Positions 50,168 to 60,112 of a stretch of 64,000 nt of DNA are shown piece by piece. The stretch comes from a virus. The notes under the pieces were generated by a model. The model did not search any database, had not been told where the DNA came from, and saw only the letters and a list, made by a program, of their open reading frames with translations. The translations under genes and the position numbers were made by a program. Location of the stretch: positions 64,001 to 128,000 of the IMG/VR virus record IMGVR_UViG_3300042923_000619; one strand, 5' to 3'. Numbering within the stretch: position 1 is the first letter of the stretch; every line of letters begins with the position of its first letter.

Positions 50168-51085
50168 ATGGAAATAAGAGAAAATGACACATACATAAGA
50201 ATTGATAATAAATATATAAGAGATGTTGAAAACATATTGACTAGTGAGGAATTAACTATATTAGCATTAATAACTATGAATTTAAGTTGTAAAGGAAGTT
50301 GTATATTTTCTATAACATGGTTATTAGATACTTTAGGATATTCCAGAAATAACAGCAGAAAAGTAAAAGATATTAAAAATATATTAGAAGAGTTGGTCAA
50401 CGATGGAATAATTAAATTGTATAAAAATGTATTGAATGATAAAGAGAATATTATAAATATAAATAATATTGATAGACATGATTTATTATATTGTGATATT
50501 GAAGATACAACAGACTTTACATTAATATATGATAGAGAAATATTAGAATTAATAAATATAGCTAATAAACATAAATTAGATACATATTCATTAATAAATT
50601 TTGTTTTATACATATATTCTTTTATAGATAATAATGAGCAGGACGAAGATTACAAATTATGTTATCCATCATTTAATAAAATCAATGAAGATATAGAACT
50701 TAGTGAAAGTACAATAATTAAATACAATAATATTTTACAAAAATACGATATTATCAGATGCGATTGTGCTGGATATAAAGAAACTTCAAAAGGTAAAATT
50801 AAAAATAGTAAAATGTTTTATTGCAGATATCAAGATAAAGATAAATTAATAAATAGAATTAATACATATAGAACTAAAGAAGGATTTATAAAACAAAATA
50901 AATTAAGCAAAGATAAATCTAATACAAGAAGAAGTTTAACTACAATAATGAATCATTTAAAAGAAAAAGTAAAAAATAATACAATAACAGAAATAGAATC
51001 AATAAGACTTGAATTACTACAGGAAGAATATGAAAAACTAAAATATATAGAAAAAGAACAAACAAAACCAACCGACAAAAATTAA
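50168..51085 (+). CDS. Tandem winged-helix protein, initiator-like; paralog of 31201..32187
   Basis: YKLCYPSFNKI...LSESTIIKYNNIL...CAGYK aligns by eye with the 31.2-kb gene. Confidence 0.6.
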   Translation: MEIRENDTYIRIDNKYIRDVENILTSEELTILALITMNLSCKGSCIFSITWLLDTLGYSRNNSRKVKDIKNILEELVNDGIIKLYKNVLNDKENIININNIDRHDLLYCDIEDTTDFTLIYDREILELINIANKHKLDTYSLINFVLYIYSFIDNNEQDEDYKLCYPSFNKINEDIELSESTIIKYNNILQKYDIIRCDCAGYKETSKGKIKNSKMFYCRYQDKDKLINRINTYRTKEGFIKQNKLSKDKSNTRRSLTTIMNHLKEKVKNNTITEIESIRLELLQEEYEKLKYIEKEQTKPTDKN

Positions 51086-51192
51086 ATAGCTTTTGCTATT
51101 TGTAGATTCTATCTTGATATTAGTTTATATTGATAATGAATATATCTAATTAGTTAATTTATATTGATAGTTAATCTATCTTTATACACTTC

Positions 51193-51354
51193 AATCGTGA
51201 CCTATATTTTGACATGGACATGCTGAACCTTGCACACTAGAAAGCACACTACAATAAATTAATGAAATATTCATGTGCAAGGTTTGATATAAAAGTATGT
51301 TAATCGTGTGTAAAGAAAAATAAAAAAGTGCCTAATCGTGTGCAAATGAATTTT
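51193..51354. repeat. Direct and inverted repeats downstream of the winged-helix gene
   Basis: TAATCGTGTG at 51301 and 51333 (32 bp apart); AACCTTGCAC/GTGCAAGGTT inverted pair at about 51226 and 51275. Confidence 0.65.
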
Positions 51355-51402
51355 AGGTGTAATAAATTAAATAAAAATAAGAATAAGTGAGGTATAAAAA
51401 AT

Positions 51403-53019
51403 ATGGAATTAAGAGAATATCAAAAAGAATGCGTTGAAGCTATTCAACAAATGGAAACAGGAGAAAAGAAAATTGTTTATATTGCTACTGGTGGAGGGAA
51501 AACAATCATCATGTCAGAATTAGCAAGGCGAACAAATGGAAGAATATTAGTTATTGTAGGTTCAACAGAACTAAGAGAACAAACCATTGATAAAATGATT
51601 CAAGTTTGTGGTGATGATATATCAATTGGAAGTGTACAAGGTGGATTAAATGAAGTTGATAAAAATATAATAGTAGCAACTAGACAGTCATTAACGCACC
51701 CTAAGAGCCATAGAATGGAGGATATTTTAGTTGCTGGTAGTTTTGATTATGTATTAATAGATGAAGCACATCAAGCAGTATCACAGGTAAAAAGAGTTTT
51801 AGAAGTTGTAGGAACTAATTGTAAAATAATTGGATTTACTGCAACACCGTTCAATAAATTAATGACAGATATATTTGATGATTTTGTTTTTACAAAAGAT
51901 ATAGAATCATTAATTGATGAAAATTATTTGTGTGAGCCTAGATGCTACAGAATACCAACAAATACAGATATATCTGGAGTAAGAAGTGTTGGAGGTGAAT
52001 TTGTACAAAGCGACCTTGAAAGAACTGTAAATAATAATGATAGAAATTTAGTGGTTGTTAAGGCTTATATGGATAAAGCTATAAACCGTAAACATTGTAT
52101 AGTATTTGCAACAGGAATTGACCACGCAATGAATTTAGCTGAATGTTTTAATATTAATGGTATTAGTGCAAAAAGTATTGATAGTACAATAGATTCAGAC
52201 GAAAGAAAACAAACTCTTGAGGATTTTAAAAATGGAAAATTTAAAGTATTAGTAAATGTTAGTATATTAACGACTGGATTCGATTTTAAACCAATTGATA
52301 CAATTATACAAGCTAGACCAACCAAAAGCAAAATATTATATACTCAATGCATTGGAAGGGGTTTAAGGATTGCAGAAGGCAAGGAAGATTGTTTAATATT
52401 AGATATAGTTGATAATTCTAATAAATTCAATTTATTAAGTTGTAAAAGTATATTTAATATGGAAAATGGAGAAAGTTTTCAGGAAGCAAGACAAAGAGAA
52501 CAAAAAGAAAAAGATGATATGAAAAAGAGAATTGAAGAACAAAAGCGTATTGAAGAAGAGCAGGAACGCATCCGAATGGAAGAAGTACAACTCTTTAATA
52601 ATAGCTTATCAAATGTGTTATATAATAGTAATTTAGATTGGTTTAGAACTTATGTGAGTGGTCAAGAGGTTATTATATTAAGTGTTAGAAGTGATTTAGA
52701 TTATATAATAACATATGGAGAAGAAAAAGAGTTAAATTGTTATACATATCATAAATTAGATGGGTTTAAATATGAATTTGAATTATTAGAAACAAATGAT
52801 AATTTACTTGAGTTAATGGAATCAGTTGAAGAAAAAGCAGTAAAAGAAGGAAGTAGCTTCACATATAAACGCTCAATTTGGAAGCGTGAACCAGCAACAG
52901 AAAATCAAATAAAAGCAACTAAGGATAAGATAAGAAAAGTTAACCCAACAAAATGGGATGTACATAAATTTTTTGTTGGTAGAAATCTATATTTTGCATT
53001 TAAAAATTTAGCTAGTTAG
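51403..53019 (+). CDS. Superfamily 2 DEAH helicase (ResIII/Irc3-like)
   Basis: ATGGGKT, DEAH, TAT, TTGFD and QCIGRGLR motifs. Confidence 0.9.
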   Translation: MELREYQKECVEAIQQMETGEKKIVYIATGGGKTIIMSELARRTNGRILVIVGSTELREQTIDKMIQVCGDDISIGSVQGGLNEVDKNIIVATRQSLTHPKSHRMEDILVAGSFDYVLIDEAHQAVSQVKRVLEVVGTNCKIIGFTATPFNKLMTDIFDDFVFTKDIESLIDENYLCEPRCYRIPTNTDISGVRSVGGEFVQSDLERTVNNNDRNLVVVKAYMDKAINRKHCIVFATGIDHAMNLAECFNINGISAKSIDSTIDSDERKQTLEDFKNGKFKVLVNVSILTTGFDFKPIDTIIQARPTKSKILYTQCIGRGLRIAEGKEDCLILDIVDNSNKFNLLSCKSIFNMENGESFQEARQREQKEKDDMKKRIEEQKRIEEEQERIRMEEVQLFNNSLSNVLYNSNLDWFRTYVSGQEVIILSVRSDLDYIITYGEEKELNCYTYHKLDGFKYEFELLETNDNLLELMESVEEKAVKEGSSFTYKRSIWKREPATENQIKATKDKIRKVNPTKWDVHKFFVGRNLYFAFKNLAS

Positions 53020-53146
53020 AAGGTGTTGAGGATATATTTTTATATATCCTTTTCTTTATAACTAATTCTAATTGATAACAAATATCATTTTTCAATAAAA
53101 ACCACCTTTTAAAGTAAAATTATCTCTATTAATTTGTTTAAAAAGC

Positions 53147-53175
53147 TTGTAATATATAATTAAGTATGTTAATAT
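53147..53175 (+). promoter_or_regulatory. sigmaA promoter
   Basis: TTGTAA-17-TAATAT; ATTAATTTGTT at 53128. Confidence 0.55.
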
Positions 53176-53221
53176 TAATATAACAACAAGGAATAAATTA
53201 ATAGATTGAAAGGAAGTTATT

Positions 53222-53482
53222 ATGATGAATGAATTAGTACAAAATGTTGCAGTTAATGTATTACATACAATTGAGGATTATGTAGAGTTTGATTATTCAA
53301 GAGGTCAACACGAATATATCATAATCAATATTGTAGAACTTGTTAAGGAAGAATTAAACCAAGTAGTTAATGCTGACTTAGTTGAAAAAGTAAAAAAATA
53401 TTTTTTAACTCAAATAGTTTATAAATCTACAGTTGAAAGCTTAGATTGCATTGGTTCAGAATTAAAAATCAATTTATATTAA
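53222..53482 (+). CDS. Hypothetical protein
   Basis: RBS present; terminator GGAGCTGGGAAACCAGTTC-T run follows. Confidence 0.55.
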   Translation: MMNELVQNVAVNVLHTIEDYVEFDYSRGQHEYIIINIVELVKEELNQVVNADLVEKVKKYFLTQIVYKSTVESLDCIGSELKINLY

Positions 53483-53745
53483 GGAGCTGGGAAACCAGTT
53501 CTTTTTTTAATTTCCAATAAATCAACTCTTTTATAAATAAATTAATTACGTATAAAATGAAAAACGGAGTAAATTAAAGAAAACAAGAGATAAATAAAGT
53601 ATAATTCTATTAATTTGTTTTAAATAACTTAAAATCAACTTTTACAAATATGGAATAATACTATATACTTATATTATCAGCTAAGGAGAACTTAGCAAAA
53701 TCGGAAAAGAAATAAATTAATGAAAGATAAAGGAGATTGATAAAT

Positions 53746-53865
53746 ATGGCAGTTGTTGTTTTCAAGGACAGAGTAGTAAAGGAAGTTAAAGCAGAGGAAT
53801 TACAAAAAATGTTACAAGATGCAGTTGCAAAAGCTAAAATATTCTCATGGTTATACATTAAATAG
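53746..53865 (+). CDS. Small protein, 39 aa (not in the ORF track)
   Basis: AAGGAG RBS; MAVVVFKDRVVKEVKAEELQ... Confidence 0.5.
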   Translation: MAVVVFKDRVVKEVKAEELQKMLQDAVAKAKIFSWLYIK

Positions 53866-53940
53866 ACATAAGTAAATACATATTAAGTAAAGAAATAAAT
53901 TAATAGACAATGAACAATAATAAGAAAGGAGCAACCAACA

Positions 53941-54246
53941 ATGGCAAGATTACAAATAGCTGAATTAACAGGAACTATTCAAAAAGTAACAGCAGAAGTT
54001 AATTACATAACTAAAGCTAATGGGAAACAAATAGTAAAGCTATCTAAAGTTTGTATAAATGGAATCCAAGTGAACCATTGTTGGTTATATGCTTCAAGCT
54101 TCAAAAAAGAATTTGAATTTTATAAATCATCTATAGGCAGACAAATAACATTTATTACAAAGATAGATACATACTATAAAACAAGAGAAGGAAAGAAAGT
54201 TTTAGACTATTGCTTAACACAAGTAAGTAATATAAAATTTAACTAA
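53941..54246 (+). CDS. Hypothetical beta-rich protein (possible OB fold)
   Basis: AAGGAG RBS; NHCW and F...IDTY motifs. Confidence 0.55.
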   Translation: MARLQIAELTGTIQKVTAEVNYITKANGKQIVKLSKVCINGIQVNHCWLYASSFKKEFEFYKSSIGRQITFITKIDTYYKTREGKKVLDYCLTQVSNIKFN

Positions 54247-54308
54247 TAATAAATGCAATAAGGTGCTAGGAAATTATAATAAACTAGTACTAAGGAGGAG
54301 AAGACAAA

Positions 54309-54461
54309 ATGAAATATGTAAAAATAGATAATTATAAATGTGGTGTATGTGACAGTAAAGAATATGACGTTATATTAGATGATAATGGAGATGTAGTATT
54401 AATTATATGTGCAGATTGTGGAAGCGTGTATGAGGGTAAATATGAGGTAGTAGAAGAGTAA
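54309..54461 (+). CDS. Small Zn-ribbon protein, 50 aa (not in the ORF track)
   Basis: AGGAGG RBS; CGVC...CADC. Confidence 0.6.
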   Translation: MKYVKIDNYKCGVCDSKEYDVILDDNGDVVLIICADCGSVYEGKYEVVEE

Positions 54462-54493
54462 TAAAATTATTGATTAAAGGAGTATGATTAATT

Positions 54494-54706
54494 ATGAAAT
54501 ACAAAGTAGTAGAATTAATAAAAAGACTTAACTGGGAAGGTGTAATTTTTGAAGATGAAAAAGGCAATAGAAAAATAACTTCAGGCATTTATATATGGGA
54601 AGCAAAACCAGAAAGAGTTGCTAAATGTGAGATAATTAATAATATTGATAAAGAATTATTTTTAAAACGTTGGTATGAAAATTATAAAACGGAACTAGTA
54701 TTTTAA
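54494..54706 (+). CDS. Hypothetical protein
   Basis: AAGGAG RBS. Confidence 0.55.
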   Translation: MKYKVVELIKRLNWEGVIFEDEKGNRKITSGIYIWEAKPERVAKCEIINNIDKELFLKRWYENYKTELVF

Positions 54707-54861
54707 TAACTCTAAATTGACTATATAAGCATTTTAAAACTAAACTAATGCAATTATACTATAAATCATTTATAACTGTTTGTGTGGTCAATCTGATAGG
54801 ATGTACAATAAATTAAATCATAACAATTAAAAAATATAAATATGAAAGAGGTAGGTTAATT

Positions 54862-55434
54862 ATGAAAATTATAAATGCAATAAAGACTTTACTATTAACA
54901 GGAGTAATTACAATATTAACAGTAATACCAGTTATGGCACAAGATATAAATATGCAACAAATTCAAGATAAAAAGATAATAGGAGTTTATACAGAATCAA
55001 ACAAAGATTTTTATTGTGAACAAGGTGACGTTATCACTGAATATGAAGATAATAGTTATTATATTAATAGTAATGTAAATATTTATTCTATAGATAAGCT
55101 TGATAATACAATTACAGTAGTTAACAATAGTAATGAATTATATTCTTTCTACGCTGAGGATATAAACAAGTATTATTTGAATGAACAATTAAATATTACA
55201 ATAGACCAAGACGAAAATATAATTGAGTATGTAGTGGATAATGAACCACAAGTATATAATACAGAAATAACCAAAATTGAAGGCAATACAGCGATTTTAT
55301 TAGCAAATGGGAATAAATATACTTTTGAGAATGAAGAAGGTTCTGACGGATGGAAAACAGGCGAGAAATGCAAAGCAGTTATTCAAGATGGTAGATTAAT
55401 AGAAGTTAGACCGATACCACTAAATGAGAGATAA
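54862..55434 (+). CDS. Putative secreted protein
   Basis: Signal peptide MKIINAIKTLLLTGVITILTVIPVMA|QD. Confidence 0.6.
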   Translation: MKIINAIKTLLLTGVITILTVIPVMAQDINMQQIQDKKIIGVYTESNKDFYCEQGDVITEYEDNSYYINSNVNIYSIDKLDNTITVVNNSNELYSFYAEDINKYYLNEQLNITIDQDENIIEYVVDNEPQVYNTEITKIEGNTAILLANGNKYTFENEEGSDGWKTGEKCKAVIQDGRLIEVRPIPLNER

Positions 55435-55470
55435 AACAATATATAAAATTAGTATTTTATTTGAACTCAA

Positions 55471-55518
55471 CCACAATATATAGTATATTATAAGTTGGCT
55501 GTATACTATATATTGTAT
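55471..55518. promoter_or_regulatory. Tandem NrdR-box-like pair
   Basis: CCACAATATATAGTAT (55471) and ATACTATATATTGTAT (55503), 32 bp apart, directly upstream of a -35. Confidence 0.55.
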
Positions 55519-55523
55519 ACATA

Positions 55524-55552
55524 TTTACAATTAATCCAACATGTAGTATTAT
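55524..55552 (+). promoter_or_regulatory. sigmaA promoter
   Basis: TTTACA-17-TATTAT; spacer holds ATCCAACATGTAG. Confidence 0.55.
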
Positions 55553-55572
55553 GATTAAAATATCAAAAGGAC

Positions 55573-55764
55573 GTGAGAGCATTGGAAAAGAATAATATTG
55601 AAGATTCCAAAAAGAAAGCAAGAAAGAACTGGGATTTAAATAACAGGGAACAAAGTAATTATATAAAAGCTAGAAATTCTGCAAAAAGTTTTATACGAAA
55701 AGCAACTAAAGACGATTTAAAAGAACTGCAAACCCTTATAAATACAAGGTTAGAAGAAGATTAA
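55573..55764 (+). CDS. Small basic protein, probable DNA-binding regulator
   Basis: W...NRE..NY.KAR.SAKSFIR.AT.DDL.EL pattern recalled from Firmicute mobile elements. Confidence 0.55.
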   Translation: MRALEKNNIEDSKKKARKNWDLNNREQSNYIKARNSAKSFIRKATKDDLKELQTLINTRLEED

Positions 55765-55793
55765 AAATTTTTGAATTTGAATGAAAATAATTG

Positions 55794-55822
55794 TTGACAT
55801 TATCCAACATGTAGGATATAAT
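55794..55822 (+). promoter_or_regulatory. Consensus sigmaA promoter
   Basis: TTGACA-17-TATAAT; spacer holds ATCCAACATGTAG; AACAAATTAAT at 55839. Confidence 0.8.
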
Positions 55823-55858
55823 TAAATCATAGCAAGGGAACAAATTAATAAAAAATAA

Positions 55859-56371
55859 ATGAAAAAGGTGGTAATCAATATGTTATTAAATTCAAAATTA
55901 TTCAATCAAATTTCTTTCTTCTTATCAAATAAAACTCTAGTTAGTTCACTAGATGAAGGAGCAAAAAAGTTCGGTGGAGCTACTAAAATAGAAAATACAA
56001 TCTATAGCAATATAGAAGGAGATAACAACATAAAAGTAAATGACAATCAAAATACAATTAGCTTATTTATACCAAGCACAATAGATGCAGATTCAAAAAT
56101 AGACAGTACAGAATATGTAACAAAATATTATAATTACATTCAAAATCATTTTAACAATGCTGATATAATCCTACATAACACAAACGGAGCTTGGTACTCA
56201 GATGATATGCAAAAGACTATAATTGAAGATATAACAATAATCGAAGTAGTTACAAACAAATTAACACAACAAGATATAAACTACATGTTAAACTTAGGTT
56301 TAGCAGTAAAAGAAGATATGAGCCAAGAAGCCGTAAGCGTAACAATAAATAACAGTTTAGCATTAGTATAA
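55859..56371 (+). CDS. DUF3574-like protein
   Basis: GAWYS...IIE...VK.DMSQEAVSV pattern. Confidence 0.5.
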   Translation: MKKVVINMLLNSKLFNQISFFLSNKTLVSSLDEGAKKFGGATKIENTIYSNIEGDNNIKVNDNQNTISLFIPSTIDADSKIDSTEYVTKYYNYIQNHFNNADIILHNTNGAWYSDDMQKTIIEDITIIEVVTNKLTQQDINYMLNLGLAVKEDMSQEAVSVTINNSLALV

Positions 56372-56438
56372 AATAGAATAATTAAGGGTGACAGAGTTCA
56401 CCCTTCCAAAATAAATTAATAATAAGGAGTGTATTGAA

Positions 56439-56699
56439 ATGAAATTAACAAAAACTGATAAAGAATTATTAACAAAATGGGGTTGTCCTAAAGAAGACTT
56501 TAAACAAATTGAAAAAGCAACTACTAAAACAGTATATGAATTAAATGACGAAAAAATTTCTTGTGAAAAAGCTATAGAAGTATTAGGAAGAGAAGAGTTT
56601 TTAAGTGGAATATCAAGAAGTGCATTTCATTGGAGTTCTGCAAGGAATAACGACAAAGGTGAAACAGTATTCTTTGATTCATCTAAATTGTTTGAATAA
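56439..56699 (+). CDS. Hypothetical protein
   Basis: AAGGAG RBS. Confidence 0.6.
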   Translation: MKLTKTDKELLTKWGCPKEDFKQIEKATTKTVYELNDEKISCEKAIEVLGREEFLSGISRSAFHWSSARNNDKGETVFFDSSKLFE

Positions 56700-56720
56700 A
56701 TAATATAGAGGTGTATTGAA

Positions 56721-57170
56721 ATGGAAAATAATAATATAAGAACTATGGAATATTTAGGAGAAGACGACTGGAGTAATTTAGTATATAAATGTATTGAAAC
56801 AGGAATATTATACAAAGGTGAAGTTATAGGAGATGAAGAAACACCAAGACAATTATACTCATGTGGTAATGAGTTTGACGGTGAAATGTGTTATCCTATT
56901 AAAAGTGATTTAGAGATACACTACAAGCCAACAGAGAAGCGACCAACAAAAGCACAACGATTTAATTATATGATGTTAGATAGGCTTAAAATGGATTGTG
57001 AATATTATCTAGGCAATGGAAACAGATATAAAAATCATTTATGGGCAGGAGATGAGCAAAAGCAAATTGATGAGATGAAGAAGTTATATAATGGTTTTGC
57101 TAATGAAGATAAGCCAGAATGGTTAACGTTAGAACAAATTTTACAATATGAAAAATTAATGGTAAAATAA
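56721..57170 (+). CDS. LPD11-domain protein
   Basis: YMMLDRLKMDCEYYLGNG...LWAG....QI.EMK.LY......KPEWLT.EQI..Y. Confidence 0.75.
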   Translation: MENNNIRTMEYLGEDDWSNLVYKCIETGILYKGEVIGDEETPRQLYSCGNEFDGEMCYPIKSDLEIHYKPTEKRPTKAQRFNYMMLDRLKMDCEYYLGNGNRYKNHLWAGDEQKQIDEMKKLYNGFANEDKPEWLTLEQILQYEKLMVK

Positions 57171-57192
57171 AAATAATTTTAAGAGGTGAAAA

Positions 57193-57360
57193 ATGAATAG
57201 TTATAAAGTGGATGAACTAAAGAACGGAAAATATGTTTTAGTAAAAATATTAAATGAGTATGAAAATAAAAAAGATGCTGATATAGATTTGATAAAAGTA
57301 GTTACAAAAAAAGTTTCGGAAAAAGAATTATTAAAAGAATATGAAAAAAATAAAAAATAA
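57193..57360 (+). CDS. Small protein, 55 aa (not in the ORF track)
   Basis: GAGGTG RBS; MNSYKVDELKNGKYVLV... Confidence 0.55.
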   Translation: MNSYKVDELKNGKYVLVKILNEYENKKDADIDLIKVVTKKVSEKELLKEYEKNKK

Positions 57361-57373
57361 AGGTGGTATTAAA

Positions 57374-57829
57374 ATGTATAAAATTAGTATAGATACAAAT
57401 AATTATAAAAATCTTAAATGTAGTAAAAAGAATTGGGAAAACGGAACTGTTAATGATTATATGAACGCTTTAAACGGGTGGAATAGAAAAGTTAATGATA
57501 TTCAAGAAGTTATATGGCAAATAGAAATGTTTGCACATAATTGTCATACTAATTGTTGGGACAATGAAAAAGAGGATTATACAGAAAAATTTAAACAATG
57601 GAGTACTGATGAAAATAAAATTACTTATTATGATAATCTTTGTGAATTTAATAGAGAGTCAAAAATAGAAGTATATGGATTTGCTCAAGGATATTTTGAT
57701 ATAGAAAAAATTTTAAAAGAATTAGAAGAAAAAAATATTATTCAAATACCTTTTAAATGGTGCTATGATTTAAGACAATACAGTAAAAATATGAATGGTT
57801 GTTATATGCAAATAGAAAAATTAAATTAA
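57374..57829 (+). CDS. Hypothetical protein
   Basis: AGGTGG RBS places the start at 57374. Confidence 0.6.
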   Translation: MYKISIDTNNYKNLKCSKKNWENGTVNDYMNALNGWNRKVNDIQEVIWQIEMFAHNCHTNCWDNEKEDYTEKFKQWSTDENKITYYDNLCEFNRESKIEVYGFAQGYFDIEKILKELEEKNIIQIPFKWCYDLRQYSKNMNGCYMQIEKLN

Positions 57830-57846
57830 TAAGAGGTGTATAAAAA

Positions 57847-58131
57847 ATGAATAGAGTTGAAATGAATAAAGATATATTAAATGTAATTAATGTTGTATTA
57901 GACTATCGAAAATTTTTAGCAAGTTATTATTATCATATACTTAAAGATATGAAATTTAATATTGATGAAAAAGCGGAGGAGTTTTATTATAGTTTAGATT
58001 TACCATCAGGAATGAATAAAAATATTAATGATTTTGAAGTTATACTTGATTATGGTAGAAATAAATATATAAATAAATTAAATGAACTAAAAGAAGATGA
58101 ATTAAAAAATGAGGATTGGAAAAATTATTAA
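57847..58131 (+). CDS. Hypothetical protein
   Basis: GAGGTG RBS. Confidence 0.55.
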   Translation: MNRVEMNKDILNVINVVLDYRKFLASYYYHILKDMKFNIDEKAEEFYYSLDLPSGMNKNINDFEVILDYGRNKYINKLNELKEDELKNEDWKNY

Positions 58132-58498
58132 TAATGAGGTGTATTGGATGAGTGTATATAAATTTTTAGATAGTAAAGAAAAAATGATAAAAATAAATTT
58201 AAAATCCTTCAAGGATGCGAAAGAGTATGCAGAAAAAAATAATCTAGTATCATTAACTATGGATTACAAAGATTTTATAAAAGCTTTTGATAATAAGGTT
58301 AATAAATTAAAAGAACATACTAAATATAATGAACTTTTAAAGCAAGCAGAACAGGCAAAAACAAATAATATTATGAGTGGTTATGACTCAATTGTAGCTA
58401 ACGATTTTATAAAAAGAATTATAACTTTACCTTTGGAATATATTAAAGGTTGGCTTGATGGTAAAAATAATCTTAAATGGCTACCAGAATATAAATAA
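58109..58498 (+). CDS. Hypothetical protein
   Basis: Internal GAGGTG RBS suggests a start at MSVYK. Confidence 0.55.
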   Translation: MRIGKIINNEVYWMSVYKFLDSKEKMIKINLKSFKDAKEYAEKNNLVSLTMDYKDFIKAFDNKVNKLKEHTKYNELLKQAEQAKTNNIMSGYDSIVANDFIKRIITLPLEYIKGWLDGKNNLKWLPEYK

Positions 58499-58516
58499 AA
58501 AAAATAATTTTTAGGA

Positions 58517-58771
58517 GTGTGTATTATTATGGTAAAAGTAATTGAAAATATTTTATATAAAATAACTTATTATGGATCAAGCAAATTTATTGAAGCTGAA
58601 ACAAAGAAAGATTTATTTAAATATATTATAGATGAGGAATCAAAAGGATATTTAATAACAAGTGTAACTTTAATCGAGCCTAATGGAAAAACTCCAAAAG
58701 TAGCATTTAAAACTGACTCAGAATATAAAGCATTAAAGAAAAAAATAAATAGTAATAAAGAGGTGTTATAG
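58517..58771 (+). CDS. Hypothetical protein
   Basis: AGGAG RBS. Confidence 0.55.
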   Translation: MCIIMVKVIENILYKITYYGSSKFIEAETKKDLFKYIIDEESKGYLITSVTLIEPNGKTPKVAFKTDSEYKALKKKINSNKEVL

Positions 58772-58772
58772 T

Positions 58773-58919
58773 ATGAAAAAATTTGAAAACATGACAATAA
58801 ATCAATTAAAAGATGAGTATGTAAATCTTGCATTAGGTGCAATGTGTTTTGGTTCTAAGACTGAACAAAGAAGAAAAGAAATATCAAAAGAAATAGATAG
58901 GCGTGAGTCACTTAAATAA
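58773..58919 (+). CDS. Small protein, 48 aa (not in the ORF track)
   Basis: GAGGTG RBS; terminator AAAGAGCC-TTTAC-GGCTCTTT follows. Confidence 0.55.
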   Translation: MKKFENMTINQLKDEYVNLALGAMCFGSKTEQRRKEISKEIDRRESLK

Positions 58920-59039
58920 AAAAATAAAGAGCCTTTACGGCTCTTTTAATTTAACTAAAAACAAATGAAAATAAGTATCAATACCAGTTAAAATGATTAT
59001 TTTAAGGTAATATTATTTTTATTAATTTATTAAAAATAA

Positions 59040-59068
59040 TAGACAATAACAAATTAAAAGAGTATAAT
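59040..59068 (+). promoter_or_regulatory. sigmaA promoter
   Basis: TAGACA-17-TATAAT with AACAAATTAA in the spacer. Confidence 0.6.
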
Positions 59069-59105
59069 TATATTTATCAGATAGAAATAAATTAAATATA
59101 TAGGA

Positions 59106-59705
59106 GTGTTCAAGATGAGAGAAGATTTTACAATAAATAATGATAATATAAATTTTGGTTCGAAATACATATTAAAAGAAAAACTAGAAAGTAATATATT
59201 AAAAATAGAATACAAAGAGAACAATAAGGTAAAAGCATTTATTGAAATAGAATTAAAAACAATATCAAATGATAAAATTAATATTATAGAAGAGATAATT
59301 ATAACAAGTCAAAGAGCATATAAAAAATATCAAAATGAATTAGAAAAGAAATTAAATACTATACTTAATGATATTTTAATAAATGAATTTGATAATTTAA
59401 AAATAGGTGAAAATTATTGTGGTATTTATTATGGATATGATAACGCAAAAGAACCTAGAAAAGTATTTATACATGAAGGCGATTTAGAGAAGTATGCAAT
59501 TTTAAACAATACTATAATTTATAAAAAAGGCAATATTCTTTTTGAAGCGATATCATTAATTGATCATAAAAAAAAGTTAGATGGCTTTGAAGAAGTTAAA
59601 CAAGATTTAAAATATAATCATCAGAGTGTTGGAGAAAGCAATAATTCTATAATATATTATATAGGTGAAAATTTTTATTATAAAAATAAAGGAGAAATAA
59701 TATAA
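59106..59705 (+). CDS. Hypothetical protein
   Basis: 199-aa ORF with AGGAG RBS. Confidence 0.55.
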   Translation: MFKMREDFTINNDNINFGSKYILKEKLESNILKIEYKENNKVKAFIEIELKTISNDKINIIEEIIITSQRAYKKYQNELEKKLNTILNDILINEFDNLKIGENYCGIYYGYDNAKEPRKVFIHEGDLEKYAILNNTIIYKKGNILFEAISLIDHKKKLDGFEEVKQDLKYNHQSVGESNNSIIYYIGENFYYKNKGEII

Positions 59706-59764
59706 TAATCCAATAAATCATAAGTTTTAATAGAAAATATTTTTATTAATTTGTTAAAAAGTAC

Positions 59765-59793
59765 TTGTATTGTAATAAATTAAATGATATACT
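59765..59793 (+). promoter_or_regulatory. sigmaA promoter
   Basis: TTGTAT-17-TATACT; operators at 59745 and 59827. Confidence 0.6.
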
Positions 59794-59848
59794 AATATCA
59801 AGATAAAGGTTAGGGAATACATAATAAACAAATTAATAGTAAATAGGA

Positions 59849-60112
59849 GTGGTTAATATGAGTAATACAGAAAAAGTTAAAAGATTATATTCTAGCATCA
59901 AGGAAACAGAAAGATTACTTGAAAAAGCAGAGAAAAAATATAATGATACAATTATATGTTTAAAGATGGAAATTGAAGAAAATAAAGAACTAGGAAATGA
60001 TATAACAGCAAATAAAGGTTGGATTGATTATGCATTACAAGACAAAGCAAGATTTGAAGAATTAAAAGCACATAAACAAAAGTTAATAAAAATGATTGAA
60101 GAATGTGCATAA
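59849..60112 (+). CDS. Hypothetical coiled-coil protein
   Basis: AGGAG RBS. Confidence 0.55.
   Translation: MVNMSNTEKVKRLYSSIKETERLLEKAEKKYNDTIICLKMEIEENKELGNDITANKGWIDYALQDKARFEELKAHKQKLIKMIEECA

Noticed and set aside
50164-50613. Minus-strand 149-aa ORF, and similar ORFs at 42294, 42918, 45030, 48933, 52065, 53661, 54403, 55173, 56627 and 58570
   Set aside because: Antisense shadows of plus-strand genes that have good RBSs
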